Source of the DNA: the human T2T-CHM13v2.0 reference genome, Homo sapiens | Length of the DNA: 64,000 nt | Assembly (NCBI RefSeq): GCF_009914755.1 | Contig: NC_060928.1 | Direction: 5' to 3' (one strand) | In this document: one piece after another, positions 1 through 13,395 of the stretch | Position numbering within the stretch: the stretch's first letter is position 1 | Layout: the number at the start of each line of letters is the position of its first letter | The notes under the pieces: model-generated | The model's input: the letters and a program-made list of their open reading frames with translations, nothing else | Databases searched by the model: none | Told to the model about the DNA's origin: nothing | Translations under genes and position numbers: made by a program

Positions 1-319
1 TCCATAAGACACACCCACTTGCACCAAGACAGTTTACCATTGCCATGGCAACACCTGGAAGCAACACCAGTACATTTTCTGGCAAATTGTGAATCACCCA
101 TCTTTTAATTAGCATGTCATTAAAAGCAGGTATAAATATGACTGCAGACTGTTCCTGAGCTGCTGCTCTCAGCACACTGCCTATATGGAGTAGTCCCGCT
201 CTGCGGGAGCAGTCACAGAGATGTAACTATTGTCACCACCTCAATAAAGCTGTTTTCCTCTACAACTGGCTCGCTCTTGAATTCCTTCCTGAGTGAAGCC
301 AGGAACCTGCCCTGTATCA
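1..319 (+). mobile_element. ERV1 LTR, MER41-like (3' part)
   Basis: TATAAA box, AATAAA, cttgaattccttcctg...gaagccaggaacc motif and ...tatca end. Confidence 0.7.
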
Positions 320-1014
320 AAAACATAACCTAATTTCCAAATCATCTGGACATTTCTCAATTTTTCATCCTGCTTAATATCTCTGTAGTTGGCTGACAAT
401 CTACTTCTGCCTGAAACTCTCTTTCCCTTTGCTTTTCCTGTCCCTGGCCGCCTTGGCTCTCCTCTCCTCTCTAACTGTCCCCCTAAATCTCCTCTTCCAC
501 CCATTAATTACATTAGGGGGTCTGTCCAGATTCTTCTTTCGGCCCAGTTCTGCTCCCTCTGGAAATCCTCTCCACTGTCAATGCCTCAACAGTTATCTTG
601 AAATGTATCTTCCATTTCTACTCCAAATCCAACCTTTCCCTGGAGGTCACAAAATCTCACAATTGAAGGAAATCTTAGAAATCATTTAGTCGATCCCTTT
701 ACTCCACATATGAATCCTCTCTACTCTGTAAAACACGTGAACATGTGCTACCCTGCTTGGAAAACTCTAAGGTACCAGAAGAAAGTCAACTCTATTATGA
801 TCTAGTTCTTTATCTCCAATTGCTTGCTCCACATCTCCACCTGATTGTTATTCAAGCCCCTCAGGCTTAAAATACCTCACGTGGAATTTGTCAACTTTCT
901 CAAAAACCAGCTGCTTTTCCTAAACTCCTACTTCTGTGAAAGGTACCACTATTATTTTAGTCACAGGCTTAAGATTTGAGATCACCTTAGACATCTTTTA
1001 AATTAATATAATTT

Positions 1015-1655
1015 ATTTTTTTAGAGCAGTTTTGGGTTCACAGAAAAACTGAGAAGGAAAGAGAGAGTTCCCACATAGTCCCCCTTACACACTCTTCCTA
1101 CTTTCACACACACAGCCTCCTCCATCATCAACATCCCATATTAATGTGGTACATTTGCTACAATCAATGAGCCTACACTGGCACATGATTATCAACCGAA
1201 GTCCATAGTTTACATTTGGGTTCACTTCTGGTGTACATTTTACAGGCTTTGACAATTGTATAATGACATATATTTACCATTTATCATATGGAAGAGTTTC
1301 AGCATCCTAAGATCCTTTGCCCTCTATTTATCCATCCTTTCTTCTCTCTAAACACTTGCAACCACTGATCTTTTTAACTCTCTCCATAGTTTGCCTTTTC
1401 TAGAATGTTATGTAGTTGGAATCATATTGTATGTAATCTTTTCATATTGCTTTCTTTCACTTAGCAATATGCATTTAATAAGGTCCCTCCATCCCTTTTT
1501 GTGGCTTGATAGCTTATTTCTTGTTAGTGCTGAAAAATATTCCCTTGGTTATATGTACCACAATTTATTTATCCATTCACCTGCTGAAGGACGTCATGGT
1601 TGCCTCCAAGTTTTGGCAATTATGAATAAAGCTGCTGTAAACATCTGTGTGAAGG
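1015..1655 (-). mobile_element. Old L1 (L1MC-like) 3' end
   Basis: gagcagttttgggttcacag... and ttatccattcacc...aaagctgctgtaaacat motifs. Confidence 0.7.
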
Positions 1656-2713
1656 TTTTAGACTCTTCAGTCCTCTATAAACCTCACATCCCATAATAAA
1701 CATCTGTATAACAGTTAGGGGCTTAAAAGAATTAAAATATACTATCATTTGATGCATGTATTATAATTTCCTAACTATTAATAGAAAGCAGGCTCAAAGA
1801 TAAGAAGGGCTCATCCAAGGCCACATAGCGTGGAGGTGGAAGAGCAACAACTCAAGTTCTTTAAACATCTCTCTTATCCCTCTAGGTTGTCAGTCCTAAT
1901 ATTTTGTGTTTTGAATTCACCCTTTCATGTCCACTGCCACCAGTGTGGTTCAGAAAGACTTCTTGTTCTTTGCATGAACCCTCACCACACTCTCCTAATC
2001 AGATACACTTCTCCTGGTCTATAAGAACCCCTCTAAACTTGATGCCCTCAACTACACTATACAGTGTCTAAATAGACAATACCATCACATCCCTGCTTGT
2101 GAAACCCCCAGTGTTTCTTTCTTTCTTACTGAAAAAAAGCCCAAATGCCTCACTGTGGCACTTGAAGCCATTCAGCATGGATGGTTATAACTCCCTCTAG
2201 TCCCTGTAAATTTGTTTATATCATAAACAGTCACAGTAATAACCTTAGTCTTATAGGCCTTGCCTGTGATTCTAAGTCATCTGCCATGCAGGCCCTTTCC
2301 TGTCACCTTTCCTTTCACTGACTGATTTCAGCACAGAGTTTCCATCCAGATCCAGGAGGCCCAGAGGATGAGAGTGCTCAGAAAGGGTCCCCAGCTGTCC
2401 ATTGCTTGCCAGTGTAGTCACAAAAGGATTTGGGGGAATTTACAAAATGCCACAAATCACTTTCCTAGCATTCTGCAGTTATGATCATACATAAACCAAA
2501 AATAAAAAGCAGGGAGGTAAAATTGCCACTAAAACTACAGGACCTTATTTTTTGATTCAAAGAAATAAGGAGGGAAGATCAGTAAATTCACTGAAATATT
2601 ACACAGGTTTTTTCCTAGGGTTGTCCTAATTATAAACATTGCTGGGGTTTATTCTTCTCCTATTAATCTATAGAGTTACAGAAAAATTCTTTGAAGGCAA
2701 TCTTACTGCAAAG

Positions 2714-2715
<2 letters not shown>

Positions 2716-2755
<40 letters not shown>
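2716..2755. repeat. (TA)n microsatellite
   Basis: Direct reading. Confidence 0.95.
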
Positions 2756-2758
<3 letters not shown>

Positions 2759-3049
2759 GAACTTTACACAAAAGAATGTTAAAAGAAATGCATAGCAATG
2801 AATAAAATGAGCTCAGAATTTCCTGAAACATAATTACTTGCTCTGTATAGACTACATTAACATTTTAATCTTGTTTATGAAAAGACACATACTCTTGAAT
2901 CACAGAATGTAAATAAAATTAAGTTCTAGAATAAAAAGATCCAAGTCAAATATAAAATATCTTATAATCATCAAGAAAATAACTTTAGGTATTTGTGTCT
3001 GATACCTTTCTAATTCTATGGAATTGATTTAAAACTATTTTTTCCAGGT

Positions 3050-4269
3050 ATGAAAAAATATTTTTTAAAGTATCACTGTCATTCTTTGTAAGAGTCTTTG
3101 ACTAAAAGACTATATTTAATTCTTATTAGATGGGGAAAATAATCAGAACTAGAAAATCCCAGAACCAGACATAGTGTTTGAAACGACTTCTTAATTGAGC
3201 TGTTTTCAGGATTAGAAGTATGTGCTAAACTTTCATTATTACCATCACCTCTCCCACCCTCCACCACCAAATTCTCAGCATATGTTTAAGAACTAAACTG
3301 AGACTTAAATATCTGCCATCTGGAAATGCATATGAAAACCTTTCCACATTTCCAAGTCTGGTAAGAGCAAATATCTCTTTTATGTGCCTTTAATGCTAAC
3401 CAATTCAAATGGTTTTCAGAACAACAGGTATTTAAGTTACAGATGTTTCCGGCAGCAAGGTTATTTTTTTGGTCCTCTGATGGACCTCTCAAATTGACAG
3501 AGAAGGCAGCTTTAAACACGTAAACATAGTTTAGCAGTTTTTGGTGAGGATCTAATTCAGCTTATAAATCAAAATTACCCAGTACACTCCTTGAATCCTT
3601 CATGAAGTACAATACAAACGTCTGGTTTGTGTCTACTGTACCACTCGCTTGAAAAATTGGATCACCTCTATTAACTCTTAGACAGTGTTTCTCTACAGTC
3701 TCATGTATTCAGCTTGCTCATCCACACAGCACTCTCTTCTCAGTTCTTTAGCCAAGGGAGTTTTTTTTTGGTTTGATATTTTTTTTTTCATTTTACTTTG
3801 TTTTACTGGTCAACTTCAAGAAAAATACATACATTTTGTAAGTTTCTCTAACCGTTTTAGCTTGACTGCTCCATTGCCTATGGTGTACTTTCACTGAATG
3901 TCTGGTCAGTGGAAATATTAAAAGATATTTTTCTCTTATTCCTCTTCCCCAATAAGAGTTTCATTTGGGTAATTTACACACATGCACACATGCAAATGTG
4001 ATGCAACTCCACACTCTAAGCTAAGGCAACTCCACATTCTAAGCTAAGGTAAAGGTGGTATAACCTGCACAAGAGCACCAGGCTGAGGGGAAAATAGGTG
4101 CTAGAATCCAACTTAATCTCTGCTAGCCAAGCTTTGTGTCCACAGAGCTGGTTCTGTCCAGGGAATTCTTTGAATTCTCCCAGAGGCACCTTCCTAAGTG
4201 TTCTGGCTCTAGAAAACACTGTTCTTTTGTTTATCCTGTTTATTGTCCCTTTCCTACTGCCTAGAGGAC
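3050..4269 (-). pseudogene. Large, probably terminal exon remnant (GPLGSRKGTINRINKRTVFSRARTLRKVPLGEF...; ...HETVEKHCLRV...KDSYKE*)
   Basis: Acceptor cctttttttag| in phase 1. Open from 4269 to 4016. A single frame from 3708 to 3079 has only two internal stops in about 210 codons. Confidence 0.6.
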
Positions 4270-4595
4270 CTAAAAAAAGGCTATGGGCATCTTCATCAAG
4301 ATCTTTCTAAATAGTCAGGAAAACATGGCAAACTCTATAAACTATGGCCAACCATACAATTCCTACTTCCTCAGCTCAGTCTGCCAATTACAGTCAGGCT
4401 GATGCTAGACCATGTACCATTTCATGATGTGTTTATTTCAGAACCTCTTCATGATCTAAGTTGTTTCATTTGGTTAGATTATTGAGTAAAATCCACAGAG
4501 GGTTGAGGATGAGATCCTGGCTAACTAGACCCATTGCATTGGACGTGAAAATAAATAAACACTGTGGTTAGGCTGTGTGAAGGAGAACCAGAGCT

Positions 4596-5043
4596 GTTAA
4601 AAACAACATAAAGTGGTAAAAACAGATTTTATTCAGGACTACTGCAATAGAGGAAAGGAGACCTCAGAATAGAACTGGGCTCAATTCCAAACACACATGG
4701 GAATGTAAGAATTTATAGCCAAGGAGCTAACTGGAGGTCAGAGGATGGAAAATTACTAAGAGAAAACATCAGGGGTAAGGTGGGATTCTGGATAAAATCA
4801 CCTAACAGGATCCTTGCTAAAAGCAGGCCAGGGTGATCAGATATCAGCCGGGGATGGTAGAGGCTGAGGAACCCAATTAGATATCAAGCAGGGGATTCTG
4901 GCTAAGCCAACGTAACAGGATTCTTGCTAAAAATAGGACAATGCAAAGACGATCATAGAAATAAAAAAATCTAGGCTTAGTTGCAAAAGAGCTCAGGGGA
5001 GCCTGAGTAGAGTTGAGTTTGGTCAAGGAGAGAATCTTTGTCA
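4596..5043 (-). mobile_element. Solo ERV1 LTR, MER31-like
   Basis: TG...CA ends, internal aacaggattcttgctaaa repeats, and terminus tttggtcaaggagagaatctttgtca. Confidence 0.7.
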
Positions 5044-6824
5044 GTTGTACCAAACGGAAAAAAAACACTTTTTCATCCCTGTAGTCTGGCTTTGTTCTCC
5101 AGCAAAGTGTTGCTATCTGCTCACAAACACTTACTGAATGACATCAGAAATCTAAGGGGTCAGAAGGTAACAGAGGAAAAGGGGCATAATCACTCAATGT
5201 GCCCCTCCACTTAGCTGTTTAGACATTTTGTTCCCCTGGCTAACAATGAAGGTATATGGGTAATCTCGTGCCTGCAAACTGGAACACTAAACATATGGAT
5301 TGAATCAGGAGGACATCTGACAAAAGTTACAGATAATTCCACTTCAAAGTTAGCTGTGCTTTCCATTTCCAAATGCTTTAATCATTTGGTCTGTATGCCT
5401 GTCTCCCCAGCACAGGCCCTTGAGGAAACAGATGTGTCCCATTGTTACAGGTAGAAGCCCAACATGTGGGAATCAGGCTATTGGTCATGCCCCATGCCAA
5501 AGCCCCTCTGTCCCTGAAGCCTCAATACTCCACACATGTGAGAAACAGTGAATCAAATAAACTTTTGTGGCAGTGTGCAGAAATCAAAAGGGAAAACATG
5601 AGAGTTTAGCTAATCCACACAGCTTGCTTGCCCCTGCAACCAATGTACATAGGAGAATCAGCACTGCAACTCATGCTCTGTGCCTCATCGGAGCAGATGC
5701 TGGGACAGCAGTTGCTGTGGTCGTAGCAATTGGAGGCCCAGCAAATGTGCAAAGACATTGGTGCCAATTTAAGAGAATAAGGGGTGACAGGAAAGAAAGG
5801 CCTCTTTACACAAGCAAAAATGGTCTCTGGGGACAGTCAGCTGGTACAAAACGTGAACCAAGTCTTATAATCTCTTTGCACTGGGTTTTTTTTATTTTTT
5901 ATTTTTTTTTCCTGCAGGCTGGTGGAATAACAGCTCTCTGGAAGCCTCAGATCTGTCAGCTTATGTTCCTCTTTCATGATTTTTATCCCCCCTCTAACTC
6001 CGCCTCACTTAGAAAAAGAACATATGGACTTTGTTGAGAGGCCGTTGAGGAATGTATAGAGTGACAAAGGCAAAATATGCAAAAGAACCCTTGAAAATGT
6101 CACATTATTGGCTTAATGGCTTTGTACAGATGGGAGTAAGGTGATGCCTTTGAAAACTTTTTATTTGGTTGGCTGACTTTGCCAGTTACAGCTCATTTCT
6201 CAACCCAAAGGCAAAATACCATTCAGATTCAGTGACCAAGCAAGTTAAAAACTCCAGTATAAAACAAATACTTTGAGCATATGGCATTTTCCTCATTCTA
6301 ACACCTTCTTTTTCATTCTGTATATCTAAATGACGAATGAATGGAAGCTCATTTAGGAAAGTAGCTTGGCTAAAATGTTGGAGAAAAACTACCATCAAGT
6401 TGAGAAAGTATTTTTATTACATTTTTGAAATTTCTTTTATTGAAGTGCATATATGTCATGTCCAAACTTTTCTGTATCACCAAACAAAGTGTCACAAAAA
6501 ATTTTCTGGAAAAGTATTATTGATGATGTTGCTTTACTCAAATAATTGTCAAAAGCATTCAGCTAAACTCATTTCCCCCAACTACTTTCCATCTAAATTT
6601 GCCACTCTGCAGTGAGCTAAATTCTATTTTTTCAACTTATACCTCCATAAGTGTAAGAATCTGATCCTTAGTAGATAAAGAATGAGAAATGTTTGTAGAT
6701 CTTGTGAAATTCATAATTATACACCAAGTTTAGAAATAATGAGAGAAAATTTGAGTGTACTAAGTGCCTTCCTTTATTAGCTTATTTAATCAGTATTTGT
6801 TGTGCATCTACAATGCACTCTAGC

Positions 6825-6900
6825 ACTGACCAATAAAAATATGTGTGTGACAAATAAAATTTAAAATTTTCTAGTAGCCACATAAAAAAGAAACTGGTGA

Positions 6901-6934
<34 letters not shown>

Positions 6935-7440
6935 TTTGAGTGATGGAGTCTTGCTCTGTCACCCAGGCTGAAGTGCAGTTGTGTGATTTCAGCTCTCTGC
7001 AATCTCTGCCTCCTGGGTTCAAGCAATTCTCCTGCCTTGGCTTCCCAAGTAGCTGAGACTACAGGCGTGCACCACCACACCTAACTACTTTTCATATTTT
7101 TTTTTTTTAAGTAGTTATGGGTTTCACTATATGTTGGCCAGGCTGGTCTTGAACTCCTGACTTCAAGTGATCCATCCTCCTTAGACTCCCAAAGTGCTGG
7201 GATTACAGGCGTGAGTCTCCGCACCTGGCTGAAATTAATTTTTTTATATCTTATTTTACCTAATATATGCAAAATATTATATCAATAGATAATTCATAAA
7301 AATTATTGAGACAGTTTACATTCTCTTTTTATACTAAGTCTTCAAAATCTAGCTTGTATTTTGTACTTTCAATGCATCATCCACATTTCAAGTGCTCAAC
7401 TGCTAGATACAGCTAGTGGCTACCACGTTGGACAGCATGT
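6825..7440. mobile_element. hAT-Charlie MITE (MER33/MER3-like) split by an Alu
   Basis: ttttctagtagccacat ... ccacatttcaagtgctcaa ... gtggctacc ... ggacagca. Confidence 0.65.
6901..7229 (-). mobile_element. Alu (S-type) with an (ATC)n tail
   Basis: Dimeric Alu reverse complement; (GAT)n at 6901-6934. Confidence 0.9.
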
Positions 7441-8272
7441 CTCTGGACAAACTGAACAATAACAAACTTCACGGTGCTTTCCTACCTTCTTTATTTGTTT
7501 ACTCTCTTCTCTCTGCCAAAATGTTCTTATGCTTCATCCATACATTCAATCACTCATTTAACATGTATTAAACCTCAGTTTATAGCAATATGGCAAGATA
7601 ATTAGCTTGCAATACTCTTCTAATGAAACCCTAAGAAATTATTGCTAAAATGTAACAAATATTCTTTGAAATCCATTGTTAGGATTATAGGAACATAAAG
7701 AAAATTTCCAGAGCCAAGCTAAAGAGGAAACTAAAAACTGAATGAGGCTGGAGTTGCTGTTACCTGAGCTGCCAATGGGTTGGTCCTAAGCAACTGAGAA
7801 GCTTGGTTTTCACATTTTAAGAAATACAGCTTGTCAGATACTCAAGATTTAAGCTGGAGTTCAGATTTGTCTCTAGCAATGGGACTACAGAATAGTGTTA
7901 CCACAGTGAAATACTGAATGAGGAAAAACTCCTTCTATCATGGAAGACAAGGATAAGGGTGACTGTCTTAGCTTAAGAAGGCTGTCTTAAGAAGAGATTT
8001 AAAAATCTCTTCTTAAAATTCCTATCTATGGGTCTCTCTCCACTGAGGCTTGAGTTCCAATTTGCACTAACATGTTAGATATTTAATTAAACATGTAAAC
8101 ACACATGTGTTCTAGTAACTCCCAGAAAGCAGAAGCAAGTACAAACATCTCAGGGGGATATACCTTCATCCCAAGGCACATCAAATTATCGCTGGTTAAA
8201 CACAAAACATGAACTCATAATACAAAATTAAAAACAAAATGAGAAAACAATGTATTCTGAGCAAGAATAAGC

Positions 8273-8765
8273 TATCAACCTAAATAATCAAAAGGGTCAG
8301 AATACAAAAGAGAGTTTATTCAAGTGAAAAGTGTGCGGGTGGCAATCCGGTGAGCAGAGCTACAGCAAAGAATGGTGATCAGGGTTCCCGGTATGGGATA
8401 AAATAAGGATCATTTATACAGGCAAAACGGAGGTGCTGACCAGAAGTACGTTTTCCATACAAAGGCTAACATAAAGATATAAGATTTGATTGGCTACTAT
8501 TAATTACACTCTAAGGAGGGTGTTTAACATTCTATTCTCAAGAGGTAACAGTTACAAGAATCTCTATCTCCATGTCTTTTACTCTAGGTCTGAATCAAGA
8601 ATAGGGAGTCTGGTTAATGTATAACATCTCAATGCAAAAGTCAAAAGAAAAAAGTCATGCACCAGAGAAGAAAAATAGTTGTATTGTGTGAATCAAGTTT
8701 CAGGGATTAACTTTTTCTTTGGCATAATAAATTTGGAAGGTCCTGAAATTTTATTTTCTTTTTAC
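8273..8765 (-). mobile_element. Solo ERV1 LTR (MER4 group) within old L1 fragments
   Basis: Terminus aaggtcctgaaattttattttctttttaca; gattggcta CCAAT box on the minus strand. Confidence 0.55.
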
Positions 8766-9510
8766 ATAGCTGATAAAGCAAATAAATAGTAGGATTAGAA
8801 CTCTTCAAGAAATTCTGATTACAGAAGTATCATAGAGCCTATAAAATAAGTACACCTAAAATACTAAAGTCGTAAAAGGAAATGCCAAAAACACAAGAAA
8901 AGAACAAATACCAGGCAGATGAAAACAAATAACCAAATTGTACCTGAAATGATGAATATAGTCATTCAATCAGTTATTCAATTAAATAACCTCAATAACT
9001 AGACTAAATTGTTACCTAAATCAAATTTGAAGAGAAGATTACCGAGCAGGAGGTAAATGGTGTGTAATCCCATAACTAGATGAACTATCATTTAAGAATT
9101 ATGTTGAAATAAGAGCATTTTCAGTCAAACATTTGCAGTGTTTTCTATTATAAGACCCTTGCTTAAAAAAGTACTCAAAGATATTTAGAAAGAAAAAAGG
9201 TGAAAGCTGAAAAAAAATGAAAAATGAGAAGGAATGGGGAAGAAATTGGTAAATTTGAGTTTACATAGAAATAAATTTATTTAAAACAGGTATAATAATA
9301 ACACTTACTTGGAAGATACATAAAAAGTAGACCAAGAAAAAATAGCATAGGAGAAAGAGGACTAGAGTTAAAGCATTCTAAATTTCTTCTAAGAATAGGA
9401 TGTTTATTAGCATTATACTTAAGGGTCAGATATGTAAGTTAAAATTTTAAGGGTCAAATGAAACATTGAAAAAACTTTTTATCTTTAAAGCATGAAGATA
9501 GGAAAGAGGG

Positions 9511-9860
9511 GTACTACAGACTGAATGTTTGTGTCCTCTAAAAATTTTTATGTTGAAACCTGAATTTCCAATGTGATGATATTTGGACGTAGGGCCTTTC
9601 AACAATGATTAGGTCACAAGAGTGGAGCCGTCATGAACTGGATTAGCGTCCTCCTAAGAAAAGAGAGAGTTTGCTTCCTCTCTATCTGCCATATGAGTAC
9701 ACAAAAAGAAAGCTGTGTCTGCAAGCCAGGAAGAGGGACCTCACCAAGAACTAAATTGTCTGACGTCTTGATCTTAGACTCTCCAGACTTCACAACTGCG
9801 AGAAATAAATTGTTATTCAAGTCATCCAGTCTATGGTGCTTTTATGTGTCTATGTAAACA
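9511..9860 (+). mobile_element. MaLR LTR, MLT1A-like
   Basis: gactgaatgtttgtgtcc ... gcaagccaggaagagg ... aataaattg motifs. Confidence 0.75.
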
Positions 9861-10596
9861 AGGGGACAAAGTAAACCCAAGGGTAACATTACATGTCAGC
9901 TACTGTACAAGACACAGGAATCCCCAGAATGAATAGATCAAGGAGAAATATTTATGATACAATGAGAAAAGACACATTGAGAAAAGAAAAATGAGTATAT
10001 ATTGGAGAGAATGATTTATTCTGCATAGAACCTTCAGGCAAGGATTAACAACGAATCTTATAGCAGTGCTATTGAATAGAAATATAATGTGAGGCACAAG
10101 TTAAGTGTTTGATAGTTTCTTATGGCTAGTGGCGACTGCACTGGATCACACAGGGGCTCCCAACCTGATGTTCTGCATATTGCTGTGGCCAAGGAATTTA
10201 GGTGGGGTGTGCAAAGCATTTCTTCTGCTTTCAGTTGAGTGAGGTAAATACTAGGATGAACAAACTTAAACAAGCATCTAAGCTGCAAAGCTTCTTAGAC
10301 CCTTCAACACACATATACTCCCAGGGGTAATATGGTATGTAGTATAATGTTTCACAAACGTATTTGCTCATTTAGTACTTTTTGTCTACAACATACCTGT
10401 TAATGCCTTCCTGAAAAATAGGCAGTAGAACATCAGTTTGAGAAACTCTGGTTTCAGTCATAGGGAAAAATCAAAGGAAATGGCAAGATGTAAAGTTGAA
10501 AACACAGGCAAATGTCAGACCAGAGGCTTGTCTTTTAGGCTAAGAAGTTGCGATCTTTCAATAGTAAGCAACATAGTAAGTAAGCTCTGAAGATAC

Positions 10597-10920
10597 CTGA
10601 GCAGGGGGAGTGAGGAGTAATGCCTCTTGGCTTCAGATGTGGCCACATGAAGCTATGAGGTGTTATGGCTGCCACTCGCTAAACCAGACTGAAGAGGGGT
10701 TCCTTACAGCGACTTTTCTAGGGGCCTGGTCGATGCCTTCTCCCAGTTAAATACAGGCACAGCCAACTCAGCTCTTGTCGGCTGACAATGCAATCATTCC
10801 TCTTCAGTGGGTCTGCAACTGCAAGGAGAGGAGTCACAGACAACTGAAGAAGGAAAAACGTCCCCGGAATGCAGTGAATCCAGGTCATGGAGAAGTGTCT
10901 CTGATTCTGGAACCTTCTTG
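10597..10920 (-). pseudogene. Exon remnant (ARRFQNQRHFSMTWIHCIPGTFFLLQLSVTPL...RPGP*KSRCKEPLFSLV*...PCS), phase 1->1
   Basis: Acceptor tattccttttgaag|, donor CAG|gtatct, 324 nt with two stops in 108 codons. Confidence 0.65.
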
Positions 10921-11179
10921 CTTCAAAAGGAATAGAGTATGTTCATAAGTCACGATACATGACAAAATTTCCTGGAATGCATGATTTAGGTTATAGGTTC
11001 TAAGTGTTATATAAACAATGACTTTTATTTGAAAAAATATATTTTGTTTTTTGAATAGGTTATATATTCACATTGTTCAAATTATACACAGACACACAAA
11101 TCTACACAGTGAAAAGCCTCAGTCCTGCTCTTGTTCTTCCTCTGCCAAGCTCCTATCACCTCTGTAGCAGGTACTTGTA

Positions 11180-11495
11180 GCTGGTGTCTAAAACTGCTTA
11201 CACCTCTTGGCACACAGACAACATTTCCCAATCTCTCTTGCAATTATATATAGCCATGTGACTAAATCCTGGTCAGACGAGTATGTGCCACTTCCCAGTC
11301 TGGCCTATAAAAATCTCTCATGTTGCATCTTCCCTCTCTTTTCCTGTCTTCCAGCTGAGTGTTTATACCTAGAGCAACCTCAGAAGCTATGGAATAAGGA
11401 AGGGGAGGCCTATATAAGACTTAGCCCCTTAATGACTGAATGGTGCAGAGTAGCCCTGGATTGCATGAATATAATCTAATTTATTAAGCCAGTCT
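11180..11495 (+). mobile_element. Old ERVL LTR fragment (LTR16/33-like)
   Basis: acatttccca...gccatgtgactaa...cacttccc...tataaaa motifs. Confidence 0.45.
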
Positions 11496-11587
11496 CTTAT
11501 TCAAGGACATTTGGATTTAACATTGATTTTCAATCTTTCCTGCACTAGTGTTCTTAAAGATCATTAGATAGTTAATGAGCTTGGAAT

Positions 11588-11632
11588 TTGTTTTTTTTTT
11601 TTTGTTTTTTTTTTTTTTTTTTTTTTTTTTTC
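11588..11632. repeat. Poly(T) tract
   Basis: Direct reading. Confidence 0.9.
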
Positions 11633-12998
11633 AATCCTGCTGGATCAAGATGTATATCTAGTGCAGAGAAAATCTGACAGGAACTTAAAGCTAGGATATA
11701 GCAGATGATGGACTTCAGGGCTGAGAATACTCTGCTACTGATGGAAATTCTGTTTAAATGTCACTTTGCATACTACATACACAGTGTTGGGACAAGCTGG
11801 AACTAAACAACCCCTCTGTGGAATTAATCATATTACTGCGTAGAGCATTAGACAACTGTTCCATTCAAATGTTACTGATGTCATGTGCAAAATGGTTGAT
11901 GGGTTCACATTTGGCATTCATTAAGAAGTAGTGGCTAAAATTAGTCAGAATCCTAGGTGATTAATCTTTGATATGCATGGCCATAAATGGTGTTCAGTCA
12001 CTTAGCCAGCTTTTTCATATGGATCCTTCTTAAGGACTGGAGCATATCTCATAAACCATTTGCTTAGTCATTTAACTAGAGTGCCTACTTTTGCCAACAG
12101 CTTGACAGTTTAAAAAAGAATAAAAGCCTGTTCCCTACTGGAAAAATTTGGAATTTTGCCATAATCGTTATAGGCAGTGCTCTCAGTAAATTCCAGCTTT
12201 ATGCCTCTTAGACAAATGGAGTATGAATTTTACTGTCAGTAGAGAACACTGAAAAACAAAGAAAAGAAAGCATCAGTGTAGTATGTATCATGTTCTTTAA
12301 TATTCTTCTTTAAAGTTAAATATTGATTATGACTTTGCAATTTATTTTCAAGCAAGAACTGTTGAGTATTTGAGGCTCTGAATGTTAGTGCTGATGCTAG
12401 GATTATGATAAAAATAAAGTGCTTCTTAAATTTAAAACTCTATAATATTTCCAAAGGTGATTCTGACATCTCACTTTATTTCATGTTTTCCAACAGTGAA
12501 AATAATTTTTTAAAAAACTTGAGAGTAGAACCCACACACTAAAAGCCCATTTATTGAGCTTGCTTTGATACAATAACATTGATACAGAAAAGATTCAGAA
12601 ATTAACAATCAAAACTCACATCTATATTTACCAAAACCAACATAATTTATTAAGATATGCTATAATCATTAAAAACTATTTGTTTTCTCAGTAAGGTAAC
12701 ATTTGATTCTAAGAATGGGTGGCCTAGATATTTTTACAGCTATTCTCACAGTCACCCAAGATCTGGCTGCATTTTAATGAAGAAGTTAACTATATATAAC
12801 TTGTGAATACATTGATATGCCCGGAGAAGAAGGGTTCTGTTAAAACTACAGATTGCACATATTTCCTAGAAAATAAGCAAGTATTTTCCTTAGGTTCTAT
12901 ACAGGTTACTTGGTATATCACTTCATTGATAATGTATAGAAACAGGCCCCATCACAATTCAATTCCAAGCAACTTCCAGATGGTTCCTGCTGGTATAC

Positions 12999-13111
12999 CT
13001 TATATTTTTTCAAGAATCATGGGAAACCAGACATTCTCCTTCACAAACTCAGGATTTGGCATATGAGACATAAAGTCCAACAGTCGTTCTGTATGTCTTC
13101 CCTCTTCAACT
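12999..13111 (-). pseudogene. Exon remnant (IVEEGRHTERLLDFMSHMPNPEFVKENVWFPMILEKI*), phase 2->1
   Basis: Weak acceptor aacaag|, donor AG|gtatac. Phases match both neighbours. Confidence 0.6.
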
Positions 13112-13395
13112 CTTGTTCAGTTTATGAAGAACTTAAATCAGAGTGTACTTTATATACTAGTACAGTTAACAGTAAGATATGTTTCTTATTTAAACTTTAG
13201 TGTACAAACAAGTTGAAAGCATTGCCCTTACTATTGTTATGGGTTTTATGGGAATGGGATAACCATAACACACAACTGGACCTCAAAGTCAATGCTAATT
13301 TGGGCAGAAGGAATGACTGGGTATGCCTCAGCAGAGCAGCCAAAGGGAATTCCTTTACAAATTATGGAATCAAATGTCAAAAACAGTCCTATTGG

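Noticed and set aside
60-110. STAT1/GAS interferon enhancer in the MER41-like LTR
   Set aside because: No intact TTCNNNGAA in the visible part (ttctggcaa is degenerate).
5567-6037. 156-aa plus-strand ORF
   Set aside because: GTG start, runs through a poly(T) tract, no recognisable domain. Treated as a chance frame.
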